Source: Takakia lepidozioides (lineage: Eukaryota > Plantae > Bryophyta). From it: a stretch of 64,000 nucleotides of DNA. The notes below the pieces were generated by a model. The model worked only from the letters and a program-made list of their open reading frames with translations, searched no databases and was not told where the DNA came from. Made by a program: the position numbers and the translations under genes. Positions 11,788 to 25,663 of the stretch are shown piece after piece. Within the stretch, counting starts at the first letter, position 1, and every line of letters starts with the position of its first letter. The stretch is from the NCBI GenBank assembly GCA_030704615.1, contig CM060733.1, forward strand, positions 24,304,001 to 24,368,000. The letters run 5' to 3'.

Positions 11788-14110
11788 TTTTTTTTTTGTT
11801 TTCCCTTGAGAGCTTTATTAAAATTATAAGAACAAAAAACAAATTACAAAATGTCACATTCTAGCAAAGACACTTTATATATTAAGAGCATTTGAGTCAT
11901 GTTGTTTTAGAGTTCAATGATATGGCGCCAAGTGCCATGGCCGATTCTGCATGTCAAAAATCGGCAAAAGCCCAATGAAGGAACTCGAGGGAACTAAGGA
12001 ATCCTCAGCTCTTGACACCTAGGAATGGGTGCCTATGGCTCAGTATACCCGGCATGCCCTACCCTACCCTACGCCAGTCGGGCTGGCCTCGCACAAGAGG
12101 TTGGGTAGCATATGAGCATGCCATCACAAGGGCATATTCTATATACTCCTAGACATCCCAAAAAATATGCCACAACAGAAGCAGAATGAGAATGTGCTCA
12201 CGCAATAAACACTGCAAAACTATTTTCAACTGTTCACATGAGCACAAATCACATCAAATAAGAAATAGTATGTTAAACATGTTAGGCGATGGCCGCACTT
12301 GGCTACTAACAAACCGCCGTGCAGCCAGTGCATGAGGAGAGACAAAGCAGGTGAGCCTAAAAAACAAAGCTGGTAAGCAGCCGAGGAAGATGATAACAAG
12401 TAGAATAGCTGCTTGGTGGCAATTGTAGTATCCAAGTCTGGAGCAGGGAGAAGTTTGAGAATTGAAACACGAGCTAAATGCTAAAAATGCAGCTGAGTGC
12501 TAAACTTGGCAATACGAGGCTTCTTGTGCCTCCAGTTGAAGTCCACATCGTCCCCATCACCAGGAGATATCCCATGAATTGGGAGTGGAGACTTTCCAGC
12601 AGTACTGCATATTGGGAAGACAGGTTCCGAGAGTGTCGTTTTTGCCCCAGGGTTGCTGAAAGCTATTGATGATCAAGCTGCCTGCCACATTGTTCTGATG
12701 ATCTGGAACAGTTGCACACAGAGTATCCCAAGCCTTCCAGCTTCCCTCAGTAAGCAGGTCTTGATAAATGCAAAAAAACACAGACCTGCCCCTGGGGGGT
12801 CTCCCTTAAAAAACCAAAGCATATCTAACCTTCCAGAGGTTCCACAAGGTCAAAGCTCTAAGACTTGCCCACACAAGGCAAACAGATGGCACGTGAGTAA
12901 GCAAGAAATTCAACAACAGAAGAGAGGAGGGGGCTTGGGATGGAAAAGACTCCCAGCTTGAGTAAAAGCCTAGCACAACTCTCCAAACTCTGGCAGGGAA
13001 GGGGCAGTCTGCCAAGCAGTGCTTGATGGACTCAGGCTATCACATGTATAAACCGCAAGTAGCGTTGTTGAATAAGGTCTTGGCACTGACAGGCAAGATT
13101 CTATGAGCCAGCTTCCACAAGAAGCTCGAGATTTTGGCCGCCCTCTGTTTTTTCCAGATATCTTTCCACACCGAGCCCCAATTGGCTGATGACAGATTCA
13201 GATGCCCCCATTCCCCGGGGTCAAACTGTAAAGCAGCCAGGGGGTAGCTTAGAAACCAAGTGAAACTGGAGTGCAAGGCCCATTGCAATCCCCCCCCCCC
13301 CCCCCCCCCCCTCCCCACGGTACTGGGGTTGGGTTGGCATTTCCTTTGTCATCAAGTACCCTTATGGGGTACAATAATTGCTTGTGCATATCCACAAAGC
13401 CTGTCAGCTGCATGTTGCCCTCACAGTCTACAATGAACTGAATTCCAAAGGCTATCTGATCATTCATAGAAAAGACCAAAATGACAGTATTACACCCGTT
13501 GGTTGTTGCAGCTGTCCAAGTGGGCAAGGCCTCCAAATCACCTCAAGAATTGAAGGCCATGCTCGTGTGGCCCCTACACTCTGTGACACTGCAGCTGGAG
13601 ATAGGAAACTGAAACTGCCCTGCTCCCAAATATTTCCAAGATGAGTAAGACCTTTGTGCTCCCAAAAGGCCCACTTTGGTCTTTGCAGGGACACTGTTTG
13701 CGAGTTGAAAACATTGTTCCATTAAAACAAAGGTTGTCGCCAGGCCTCTGCAAAGTTTGCTGGTGGTCTTTGGGTAAGCTTGTCCCTAAGAGACTGCCAA
13801 TCAGCCCATATGGATTGCCAGGGCGGGATCCCAAGTGAACGTTCGCAATTTTCCCTTGAACAATCCAGCGAAGTGAATCTGCCCACAATTGGGATGAAGA
13901 GGGTTTGGCCCCCATCAAGTAAGGCTGATCAATTTACTCCATGGGCTGTGACGGTGTGTAATGGCTCTAGGGATCCACTTGGCTAAAAGAGCCTTGATCG
14001 TGTAGCTGGATCCAAAATTGCAAGTCCCCCCTTCTTTTTGGGCTGGCAGAGTTGCTCCCAAGAAAGCAGAGCCTGTCTTACCGGAGTTTGTGGAGTTTGC
14101 GCTGTTGCAC
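11788..14110 (-). mobile_element. 5'-truncated, decayed L1/Tx1-type LINE (ORF2 C-terminal part)
   Basis: Minus strand: SWEQLCQPK.GGLAILD...ALLAKW near 14.0 kb; zf-RVT-like WKDIWKKQRAAKISSFLWKLAHRILP...C near 13.1 kb; AATAAA then A-tail at ~11790-11820. Confidence 0.8.
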
Positions 14111-16895
14111 CCCATATAAAATTCCGGATAAGAGCTTTTATCTCTTTCACAGAAACCAACAAGAGTTAAACATTTTTTTAAATCACGCTACTGCCAGCTA
14201 CAACCGACTAGCTGCATTGCAAGTTGAGCTAGCGATCTCTGCGACTGCAAAAAGCCACACAGACCGCATGTATGGGCGTGAAGGTTTGAACACAGGACCT
14301 GGTGCTGGAGAGCCACAGCACTTCAGCGGCAACCGTCAGTGTCGGCTGAACGCGCGCGGCGCTGCTGTTTGTAACCGCTGCTCTCTTCCTCCTCCTCTTC
14401 TCTCTCTCTCTCTCTCATCTGCTGCTCTCTCTAATTCCGAGGTGCTTTAGAACCGATTTGTTTGTGCTGCAGTGGAGGATTCCATCTTGCGCTCCAAAGG
14501 GGCGAGTGAGTGCATTGATCAGCTCCCTCTCTCACGGACCAAGAAATGTCGGCAAATGTCGCCCAAATGTTCGACTCATTCAATCAGTGAGCCTGGATCC
14601 CTGACTATAAATTCAGTGTTTTGTAACAGGGTTTTCTCCAGAATAATCAGACAGTGGAAGAGGGAAATTGTTTAGGTGGAGACAGCAGTATCAAATTTAG
14701 CTGGTGTGTTAGTTGTTGCTGGGTTGTTGATGGACGGATATGTGAGAATCTACAGCTTGTTATTTCTTGTTTGCAAAGACTCGCAGTTCCCGTCCCTGGA
14801 CAAGCAGAAAATGTGATCTTCAACTCTCTAGTTTTTTCTGGAATCTTATCCGCAGTAATGGATCAGAAATTGGGATTACGATGTAATGCAAATTTTGAAT
14901 TGGACCATCCGTTTATTGGAAGTGAGGCAAAGTGTATTGAAAGTGAAAGTGGTCAAGTTACAGGTGCTTGAATGATAACAAGACTGTGATTGGCAGGATT
15001 CTGGAACCTCCCCAAGGTACAAGTACCTTACTGATGTTGAATGAAGATAAGCAGAGAGCAAGGGCGAGGTCGGGGGAAAGACTCAGTGATGTCCAATTAT
15101 CTGATCCTTCAATGCCTGCAAGATAACGGAATAATGGGTCAATCCTCTTCTGGAGGGAGGGAGAATGAGGAGAGAATGCGGCTTAAGCTTCCAAACTAAA
15201 GTCCGAAAGTTTTCTATGCAGCAAGTAGTGTGACCAGATCTCTTGATCTCGCTTAGAGGACTTGAGAGTGTGTACTGAGTGCAAGACAGAGATAGAGAGA
15301 AAAGGCGGGGAAAAGGGAAAGAGTCTAGATGAGTGATTTCTGGGATTCAAAACGGAGATCCAGGCCTCTGTCACATTAGTGATTGCAGCGCCAAACTTTC
15401 TATAACAGATCACACAGCTAGAAGCCCAGCAGTTACCCGGAGAGCATCAAAAGGACAATTAGCTAAAGAGTGTATATAGTATTCTACCCTGTTACAGTAT
15501 GACGATGGTGGGTGTTTGGTTACAGTCGATAATGAGATATGCGTTGCAGCAATGTCGGTCGCCATGGATCTGTGATGGCCTAGTACTGGGGGCAACCGTG
15601 GCCGCAATATCCTGCACATCAGCCCTTGCGTTCTCTTCTGCTCTTATGAGGTTTCCTAACATCACTCCTTCCTACTCTGCGACATCTGTCACCAACGCAC
15701 TACAACAAGCTGTGATTGACACTGCCTGCCATGAATGCAACGCCCTCCGCATTTACAGTTTTCCACATCGTCACATCGGCCATGTATCAGCTTTACTAGG
15801 ACTTTCGACAGACAACCTGATTACAGAAACATCAATGTCATTCCTCATATCCTTCATCATCGTCACCTTCTCTGTGTTTCTGGTGAGGGAGATGAGATGA
15901 TTCTGGGCCTGGCAGTTACAGGCTAGTGGACACCCTGCAATCTCTAGAAACAGAAAAGCTGCACAGTCTAGGCATCCATGTTAATGGCATGGTGAAGGCT
16001 TTAAATTGCGCTAAACTGTGGACACTGGAAGACTTGCAATGTTCATTTGATAGTCTCAGGCAAGTATTGACTATTTTGACATATCAACTAAAATGCACCC
16101 ATGGCAGATGGGGGTTCAGATGCCTCAATGATGTAGCATCGAAGTCAATTCCTCTACAACGACAGACCTATTGAATGCCAGATTTGATATTTTGGAAGAC
16201 GGTGAAGGAGGCTTCGCCCACTACACAACCTTGTTTTGGAATTATAGCATGAGAAGTTGAGAAGCTACACTTCCGGCATTGGTTTGATGCCATTTAAACA
16301 AAAAACTGAGTCAAGCTTGACAGGGGGATATTATCCAAGAAATGTAGAGACCACACTTGCTATGACCGAGTTGCAGCAGACACCCTGCTACCAGAAGAAA
16401 GAAGGAGACCAACTGAAAGAGTGAAATGATACTTACTGATACTCCATAACATCTGTAGAAAGCACAAAAAGCCTATGGGACAAGGGGAAGATCTTGCTTT
16501 GGATGGGAATGGAGAGGCTTCACATGCTAGGGCATACAGGGTCAGACACTGCCCATAAGCCTTTCAGACAGTGTGAAAGGATGTTGTATAAGACCTCTGG
16601 CAGTCGCATGTTTCCCAACCTGCCTTAAAAAGCTACCTGATTCATTTCTTGGTCCTTACTCCATCCTAAGCCTTCGATCACTCGATGTAGTCCTCATGAA
16701 TACAACAATCCACTAAAGGAAGGCTACAGGTTGCAGAAATAAGGAAAAGGTTCTGTTACAAATGAGCCTCCGTTCCAAAAATATGCTCTCAACTTTTGAG
16801 CTGGCAGCCCTAGTATCACCATGGCTTCAAGCATCAGAATTCCATGTTTCATAGCCAAAGGATTCCAAACGTCACATTTGCAACACTGAAATTGG

Positions 16896-19800
16896 TTACT
16901 GGGTTACAAGCAATGCCAATTCAACCCCGATTGCCTCCTTTGCCTGCTTATCTAATGGATCCTCGCCGATATAGAGGTCAAATAGAGAACGGCACAACAA
17001 GGGGCTCTGCACACTCCCGACCTCCTTTCCATCAACTGCAAAAGCAACACAGGTAAATTTGCAATAACTCGTAAGAAAATGTCTATTTTAGGCTCTTGAG
17101 GACCATCCTGTAGAACCAGCTGTACCTCTGCAAAGATTTCTTAAAGATCGACATTACATTTGAAGATTAATGTAAATGGAGACCTACTTTTTGTCTCGAG
17201 GACATGACCAGGGAGCCGAGTGAGGTCAATGACAGTCCCATGTGGCAGCTGAATGTCATCCTTGAAAACACTTGTAAATCTGCATAAAGAGTTTTGCAAA
17301 TCTCTTCAGAGAAATGAAAGAATCTTACAGCAAGATATTTAACATGAATAGCGCACTAGCTTCCTATAACCATATAGTCAGGAGAGGGACAGTCATACTC
17401 ATTGACAATCGACTTTGAATGTTGGTTGTGGCACACCCTTTTCAGCCAAAATTTCAATAGCAATCGTGCACATCTGACAACAATCCCATTTCACACTCTG
17501 CAAGAGAAAGAAAGAAAAATGAAAGGATACGTTACCCGTGGGAAGCTCAAAGAGTTTATGGAACAACGGAAAGCATGAAACTAGAAGAGTGGGGCCCTCC
17601 ACAAGCAGTTCGGAAACAACTATCGATCAAGGGATTATCTAAAGAGTGAACGCCTCATGCAGATATGCTGCTAAGCATTTCTGATCCTCATAATGGAACA
17701 GCTCTGTGAGAGATTGGCTATCTCAGAACAGACTCTCCCAGTAGACAGACAATAGTATCTCATAGTAGATAGGACAGTGAAAGAAGAAATGTTCTTCACT
17801 TTTGAATCCCCTCCTTTTATCCCTGGCGCAAGTGGGGCACAGGCGGTCCTCAGACGGTAGGTTGTGCCACCTACCAGTAGACTGGGATACCACCCTAAAC
17901 CTCCCCAATGCCCTTAGCAGAGAGGGAGATAGAGCTGCAGACAGGTAGTTGGGCTGCAAGATTCTATCATCACGGAGGACCAATAATAACTCCCGATAGA
18001 ACTGCAGTTTTGTTGTAAGATTGGCTGGTTTCCAGGTTTGCCTGACATGAAGTTCCATCATCTCCTATCTGATGCATCTGGTGCGTCATGCTTGGGCGAA
18101 ATTTCCCCATGGCAGTAGGGAAGCCATGGAGAGTCCATGAAGTTGGAGCCCCAAGCATAGAAATGAAACATTACACGTCCCTTGGAAAGCTCAAAGTGCT
18201 TATGGGACAAGAGAAAGCATGAAACAAGAAAGAGAGAGGGGTCCACCACAAGCTGCACAAAAACAGCGAGAGGAAAGAATGAGACTTTATAATGTCCATG
18301 GGAAGCTGAAAGAACTCATGGAACAAAAGAAGGCAAGAAAAGAATTTTGCTACACCCAGAGAGAAAGGAGAGAGACCTTGCAAGGAGCTCACGGTCTTCG
18401 CCACCGTTGAACTTTTTTATTCTTCCACCCACTGACTCTTCAAAAGCGCCACGCATGCTGCTTATTTTGAGGCTTCCATAGACGATCACCATGTGCACTG
18501 TCAGCCCCACATCCTTCTCCACCACTTCCTCATAAAACTCCTTGTCTTTCAGCTTCTCAGGAGCCATGTTGCCATACTTCTCACCCAGCATGCTTTTCAG
18601 ACTTTCTGGGTCAGCATAAACTCCTGGTGCCATGGCAGAGACAACCATGAGAAGGATTGAGCCATACACATTACAAGCAATCCAAGTGTCAGTTCACCCA
18701 TTAATCAAGCAAGTGGTCAGCCACAACGGTGACCCGGACTAATTAACTACATAGAGGACCCACAGAATGTCCCCGTGACAGGTGTAGAGCTCATTCACGA
18801 GCTCTATATATGTCCACCAAGGAATTATTTCATCGGATTTGGAAGTTCAATCACCAGTTTCAATTCTAAAGACAATTGCAGCGCTCAAATTGTATTTTTC
18901 TCCTAAATCAAGTTGAATTTCCTTCCATCATCTGTTCTTCAGATCAACCCTTAATTCTGCCCTTATTTGTAGTAGTTGCACTGACCAGCACTACCCATAC
19001 AGGATAGTTGGACATTCCCAGAATCTTGCTTATGAGCCCGTACACAGGAGAGGAATTGCACAAAAGAAGCACCAAAGAGGCAGTAAGAAGGGCCCAAAGG
19101 GGCTACAAGTAAACCAGGTCAGAATTGTTCTTCCTCTGATTTACTGGAAACAATGCTAATGTTGGTACTACGTAAAACCATTTCACAGTATGAACACTGC
19201 TATTGAGCTGAAGAGACTCACCAAAAGCATAGATATCAATTTTCTTCAAACCCAGTATGCTCTTCTTGCGCAGACCAATTCCAGTGAGAACTTGACTCTC
19301 ACTTAAAATGCCTGGAAATGTCATTCCTGTCTTGGGGTCCGTGACCTTCCCACAAGCCCGTTGCAGCAACAATCACTTGCTCAGTGAATTTGATATGACC
19401 TATTACTACAATAATTGCATCATATAATGTAATTCCTCTAACTCGCCAGTCAAGATCACGTTCAACAAAGCTCTGTAAGAGAGCTACTTTTCATACAGAG
19501 AGTTAGAAGGCAGGGTCTATGGCTACAAGACTGGTATATCTGAGTTATGTCCATAATAGCAGCTCCTCACTAGTACACTCTATCTTGACTACTACTCCGG
19601 AACATCCAAGCTCGTAAATGTCATCAATCGATTTTATACAACACGATTAAGCACTGCTCAAAACTCCCGCAACCAAGTTAGATCAACCTGAGGCCAAACA
19701 GGAGATAAGAAATCCTTTGATAATTGCCTTCCATCAATGAAATTAGTGTAATCTTGATTTTTCGTTACAACCCGGTGGTCCCTTATTCAGAAATATGCAA

Positions 19801-20398
19801 CATAGTCAATTGGCTACCAGTTCGTAAGGATGAACGGGTTGGAACTTACTTACGAAATCCCGAGAGGGATGCTTCAATGCCAGTGTTTCAGGGGCTTCTT
19901 TCTGACAACTTCAAGAATGATTTGACATATTGACTACTGACTACCAAAACGTACGTCCCCGATTATACCCAGATTAATTCCGACATTAGACTTGGGTCCT
20001 GGCCCTCGGTGACAAGAACTGAGGGGGATAAATGTCTCTGATACAATACCGCTACAATACATCATTTTAATCTCTTCGCAACAGACTCGGATTTTGAAGG
20101 TGGTCACCTCCTCTGCCTGGGCGGTCCCCGATGAGAACGAAAGCGATGCAAAGGGACCTGGAAGACAAGCGCATGAAAGTGCAGATCCAGCATTCGAAAT
20201 TTTCCCAAGAGATTGCGCCCATGCCAGCCCCTGGGAGGCGAGCTCGGGCCTGCACATTGCGATGCCCACCCCCATAGCCCCCAGTCCGACTGCAGCTTGC
20301 CATCGCTGGGTAAGCCTTCCAAAGGATGACCCACCAGCAGGTATGCCTTGCCAGGACCAGAGTCCTCTCGGGGCTCCAGGACTCGGAACTGTCCGCAT
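16896..20398 (-). CDS. FAP1: Fatty-acid-binding protein 1-like (chalcone isomerase fold); 5 exons ~20398-20108, 19345-19222, 18623-18377, 17279-17188, 17035-16896
   Basis: VTDPKTGMTFP...GIGLRKKSILGLKKIDIYAFGVYAD...RGAFEESVG...FTSVFKDDIQLPHGTVIDL...SPLLCRSLFDLYIGEDPLD; GT-AG junctions keep frame. Confidence 0.88.
17515..18340 (+). repeat. Dispersed ~90-bp repeat (SINE-like): copies at 17515-17610, 18160-18260, 18275-18340, and inverted at ~29875-30010
   Basis: Shared gtcc.tgggaagctcaaagag.t.atggg/aacaa...ccacaagc core. Confidence 0.7.
17750..17960 (-). mobile_element. Non-LTR retrotransposon C-terminal CCHC fragment (RTEX/L2-like) in FAP1 intron
   Basis: LGRFRV...GRWHNLPSEDRLCPTC...SEEHFFFHCPIYYEI. 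Confidence 0.7.
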
Positions 20399-21567
20399 GG
20401 CTGCAGCAGATTATACTGCAAATCTCTGTCTCTCTCTCTCTTCTCCCTCCTCTCTCAGCTCCTCTCCAACCAACACAACAGTGAAGAAGAAAATGAAATG
20501 AAATGGTACTATATAACGCAAGGCGAAGATGAAAGAAAGACATAGCTATTATCGCTACCAATCATGAATTGCTACGTATCAAACCAGCAGTGTACACTCA
20601 CCGTTCAAAGCGCCATACCATGACAGTAGTAAACTACTTAGCATTAATCCTTCAGTCCTTTGATAGAACTCAAAACTCCATTACAGGTTCTTCTTTTATT
20701 CCTCTCCTTGTTTTCTCTTTCGTATTTACATAACGTGGAGTTCACATGTTCGTATTGCTTGTACTGAAGAAGATGGCGGTCTGAATGGATGCTACGCTTT
20801 TGCAACACGCCCAGTGGAAAATACAATTTCACTGAACACATACGAGAAAAGTTGTCTCAAGACTTCCATTGAAACTGCCACTTACTTATGATTGACAACA
20901 CCTTTTCGACAGATGATGTAAGTCTAACACTGTCTAATTAAGATCTTGAGTTTTCACATTTGTTGGCCACATTGTTGCAAAGACACACCGAGTAATAAGA
21001 CACTCAACTTGCACGCATCTGAGCTGTAGAGGTGCACGCAGATATTGAAATCCAGCTCATCCTCATCATCACTAAGATCATTGCCCAGAAATTATGTGAG
21101 AAACAGCCCTTCCTGTCAGTGGTGACTTGAGAGGCCTTGGTCTTTCCCCAGAGCTTGACACACCCAAGGGCATGCCAGCATGATCTGGGGGCTTTTTTTC
21201 GACAGAGTGGCCACCAGTCCATTCCAGTATATGCAACAATCAATTTCCTACTCAATCTCAGTCTTTCAATTATTTCATAGTCTTTCCAATCGTCTGTTAA
21301 ATGCTTTCTTTGAGACAAGCTCCCTCCTACCCTAAGATTGATTCAGAATGTCTCATTCCAACAGTCACCAGAGGAGTGCAACTCTTGGGAAATTACAGCT
21401 TCCAGAGCAACAACTGGTGGGGAGAAGGATGGGTTTGCTGCAGGGGAAAAACTTGCCCACAAAAGTCCAGTGGTAGATGCCCTCCCTGTCACAGGAGTGA
21501 CCGTAATCACCCTCAGCCAACATATGGCCAACATGGAAAGTCCTGTTTACCAGTTCACTAGTCCTGT

Positions 21568-24376
21568 TTACCATGAGCCTGCAGCCCCTGCTGTAGGGTT
21601 GCGAAAGGCTTTGAGATCCCAGTTGGTTTGCAATGCATATGGCTCTGAAATAAGCGTCCCCTCCTCAGTAATGTTGGCCACCTACACAGTATCCCGATGA
21701 CAGCTTGAGTTGTTAGCATTGGATAGGAAGCTGAAAGTCAACTACAGAAAGCTGGCCAAATGAGAGAAAATATTTCTGTAACTTGATGCTTTCCTGTAAA
21801 AAGAGATGCCATGTCATGGCTGCAATTAAGACCATAAGATGTGACCCCTGCTAGTTTGGTTATAATCTCCGAAGAGCTTTAGCTCTCACAAAGCAAACCA
21901 TGTCACATATACACGCATGCAGGGGGGAGAGAGAGTGACAGGAAGAAAGTTATTACATCAACCAAGAGATCCCATGGGACACAGTAGAACCACAGAAACC
22001 AAAGAACTAAACCAAACCTGAGATGCTGCCGGAGGGACAAGTGCCTCAGACAGGTGGGCACCTCAGGAGAGAGGGGGAGATGATGCTACCAGCTGCATGA
22101 CCTTAGGGTGCAAGAAGGTAATAACCTGGAACTTGTTAATGCAGGAACGGTCACGATAGAACAAGACCAGCAAGCACTTCTCCAGCAGCTTGATGCCCTC
22201 CTCCAATGTCATGCCCTCTTTCCACTCATTACGAAAAATAGGACGTGCCATCGCATTGCCAAATCCCGTTGCCACATGGTTGTCCTCGTAGTGGACCCCT
22301 ATCATGCTTACCTGGTTGCATCCCAGCCAGATATATTAACACTTTAGGCCACCTTTGCAAACATCTAGCTAGTAGAGACAGCACCTGACCACTGACAAAG
22401 ATGAGAGGAAAAAATTGCCTACAAAGGGATTCTTCAGGTGACTTCAACACCCGGAAAGCTTAGGCAGAGTTGATTGAGTACCCTGAAGAAATGATCAGAT
22501 TCACTTCAGGGAAGGCTCGCCAATACCTAACCCTGGCTACTAACAGTGCAGAACCGTGTCTGGAGGCAGAGACATACCACACCCAGATACTGTTTGCCAT
22601 GTTTTACACCACCAAGCACCAGACTATTCCAGAAAGGATCAAACTTGTTGCGGCGGTTGTACATCACACGGTTGAGGTAGTTGTGGATTTCCTTAGGCCC
22701 CAGTTTGTTCCCATCGTCCCACATGTTGTCCATAGTTCTGTCCTCCTCCCAACCCCCATCAGTCAGAGAGAAAAGGTGCACATTTTCACACTTGTGGGCT
22801 ATTTCTCAACCACCGTAGATTGACTGGGACCACAATGTCAGCAGGTATAGTATGTTAAGGGTCAGACTCAATTACATGCAACTTGGCACAACATAACTTG
22901 TCATGACCAAAGCTCACCAAATTCTTCCTGCCATAGTTGCCTTTAACCTCTTCTGAATATGCCACAAGAATGCTCATTGTTGTGGCAGCTATCACCAGTC
23001 TAAATGCTTCCTAGCCAGAGTGCCATTAGACTGAAAAAAAGCACGTCCTCCTTCGTTTGATGTTCCCAAAACATTTTGCTGGGCTCTTTTCTTGTCATAC
23101 AGGGCAGTCTCTAGTCATGATTCAAGCAGTGTAGAGAACTAATAAGTGGATAGGCATGCGGTCAATCAAACTGTCAAAAGAGTCATACACCATGTTGTCA
23201 AGAATTTGCGCGATGTCTTGAAAGTCGCTAATTTCACCGCTAGCTCCAAGTACTGTGTGCTTTCCTATTGCCTTTATGCGCTCCACACTCTTGAACCTCA
23301 CAGTTGACCCATAAGACCCTGCCCCAAAGATACAATCTCAAGTTCACATGTCAAAGATGTGGGTTGATATATCCGCGAAGAAACAACAAAACAAATCTGT
23401 TCAAGTTGAATTGAACATCGTAAAGAAATTTGGATTGTTTAATCTGTTCTGACTGGAGCGATTGGAAGGAAGAGGACCCAAGACATTGTAAATATATAAA
23501 GTATAAACGCCAAGGGGAAGGGTGGGGATGGAGTGGTGTGGTGTGGTGCACATGCTGTGTGAGTTACAAGAGAAAGAAACGGGAGACCAGACCGGCAGTG
23601 TCAGCAGCAATGAGAATGCCATCCTTGTACTTGATTCCCAAGACTGATGCGCCCGTCACCATTGGATACCTGCTCCCACAGCAGCCATAACAGTCACCTT
23701 CTACCATACACAGTTCCCCCGCGTCATGAGAATTCAAGTTTCAAAGCCTGAGATCTGCCACTGGAAATACTACAATATCTCTGTTTCCTTCAGTTTTGGG
23801 TATTGTGTAGTTGAGAAACCCTTGGAACTACTTCAAACGTAGATAATCTTCCTGAAAAGAACTTTAGGATTTCATGCTCTTGAAAGACTTCTTCTCCGTT
23901 AACCCTTCTGCCAACCCTAATATTCTCCCAAGTCCGCCCCAGGCTATGTTTACAACAGGATAGCATGTACAATCTACTCTGTCTCTCTGTAGAACACTCA
24001 GCACGTAGTCACGTGACTAGAGACAAGCTCGGATAGCGCTAGTTCTCTTTCCAGACGCTAGCTACGGCCCATACAAGCTGAATTTATCACACGACAGGGT
24101 TGAACCATATGCTGCCATCTCTATCAACACAAACTACGGCGTATGTGACAATAAGGTATGCTCCAATATTTGCGCTCTCTCGGCACATTAGCTGATTGAA
24201 GCTGTTTGAGATCGCTGACCCACACTCCAACTTACCTCCCAAACACAGAAAGGAAACAGACAATAAACTTACTGCGTATGTCTGGAGGGAGTGGGCATGA
24301 GACTGAAATTCTCAGAAGGCCCCATCAGCGATCGGTCCACATACTGCACCTCTGCTCCCTGGTTCTCACCCGCCAT
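21568..24376 (-). CDS. PBG1: 20S proteasome subunit beta-7 (beta type-4), 6 exons
   Basis: TQYPMVTGASVLGIKYKDG; GSYGSTVRFKSVER; GASGEISDFQ; YNRRNKFDPFWNSLVLGG; ATGFGNAMARP; YRDRSCINKFQ; ends GAAGSW*. Confidence 0.95.
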
Positions 24377-24841
24377 GACCTTTCCCATTCCGAACGTAAT
24401 TCGACCCTCAGAACCTCAGTTGATCAGTTGAGAAAAACGTACAATCTAAACTCTCCAAGAATCCCTCAATTTAACGAATCTGTGAAACAGACAGTGTGAG
24501 AGACGAGAGACAGTGGAATGCGTGCGAAGCAGATGAACATGACCACGACCAAAATAGCGGAGTGTTTAGGTCACTGACCCTTCCGCGACGGGCAAAAGCC
24601 GGTCACTTTCTACACAGGTATAAAATATTCAAGGTTTTGCGGAGGGATAGAGGATTCATCTGAAAGGTTGCCTTAGATCCCATCCCCATGAATTGGTATA
24701 TGTTCAGACGAGTATGAATACTGCTTGCGACCCATCTCTCCAACAACCCACATAGCATTTCCATTCAGCTTGTCCCTCTGCATTGTTCTGCCTACGTGGT
24801 GGGAAATTTTGATCATCGGTGCTGAAGGGAAGTGGGCAGAG

Positions 24842-25663
24842 ATGGGTCGGAAGGCTGGCATTATGCGGGTGAACCCAAAGAGCATGACTCGGAAGACCAT
24901 GCCTTGTTTCACTGAGATGATTGTCTTTCTAGCGTGTCTCCAGAAATCGAACTTCGATGACGATAAATGCCTGGTTGAGAAACAGTCTCTTAACATGTGC
25001 ATGGAGCTTCAGGTTTTTTACTTGCCACTCGCTCTCTCTTGGTCTGACGTATTTTTTGTCTTCTCTCTTAATATCTTTTTGCATTGCCTTTTCTTGGACT
25101 AGAGATTCTTTGCACGCTCCGACCTTCTGATCTTTTGATCTCTTCCTTTCACAACAAGGGGGCACTCTACCCTCTTCGGTTGCCAATCTCACTTGCTGTC
25201 CCTTCTGCCCTTATGATAGTGCGATTGGCAGTGGAAGCACACGGTTAGTGTAGCAGTGCTGAAATCAACATTGTCTTTTCTAGTGGTATGTCTACTTTAT
25301 CCCTAATCGACATTGAGTGAAACTGTACGAGGTTGCAATCAGCTCGACATATGTATTTTCCATGTCGGCGGAGTTTCATATGAGATGTGGGTGGAAATTT
25401 GAAACCCCCACTACTAGCCTCAAGAGGGTCTGTTTCCTGTTCACAAGTGGGTGTCACAGAGGGTATATATTTTCCTATCTGTTGTAACTTTAGTATCTGA
25501 GACTTACAGTAGGTGACACTTGCTGTTCATCATCTTTCTATTTGAGGGATTGGATGTCTGTGTGACCAGTGGGGTGGGTGACCAGGCAAAGCAGGGGAAG
25601 CAGCACAATACCATCAACTACCATTTACAAAGAATTTCAAGGATGATGAAGTCAGGCGTCTGA
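24842..25663 (+). CDS. Small twin-CX9C CHCH-domain protein (mitochondrial, mS37/CHCHD1-like); exons 24842-25012, 25586-25663
   Basis: MGRKAG...PCFTEMIVFLACLQKSNFDDDKCLVEKQSLNMCMELQ|AKQGKQHNTINYHLQRISR; two CX9C motifs; GT-AG intron in phase 0. Confidence 0.85.
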
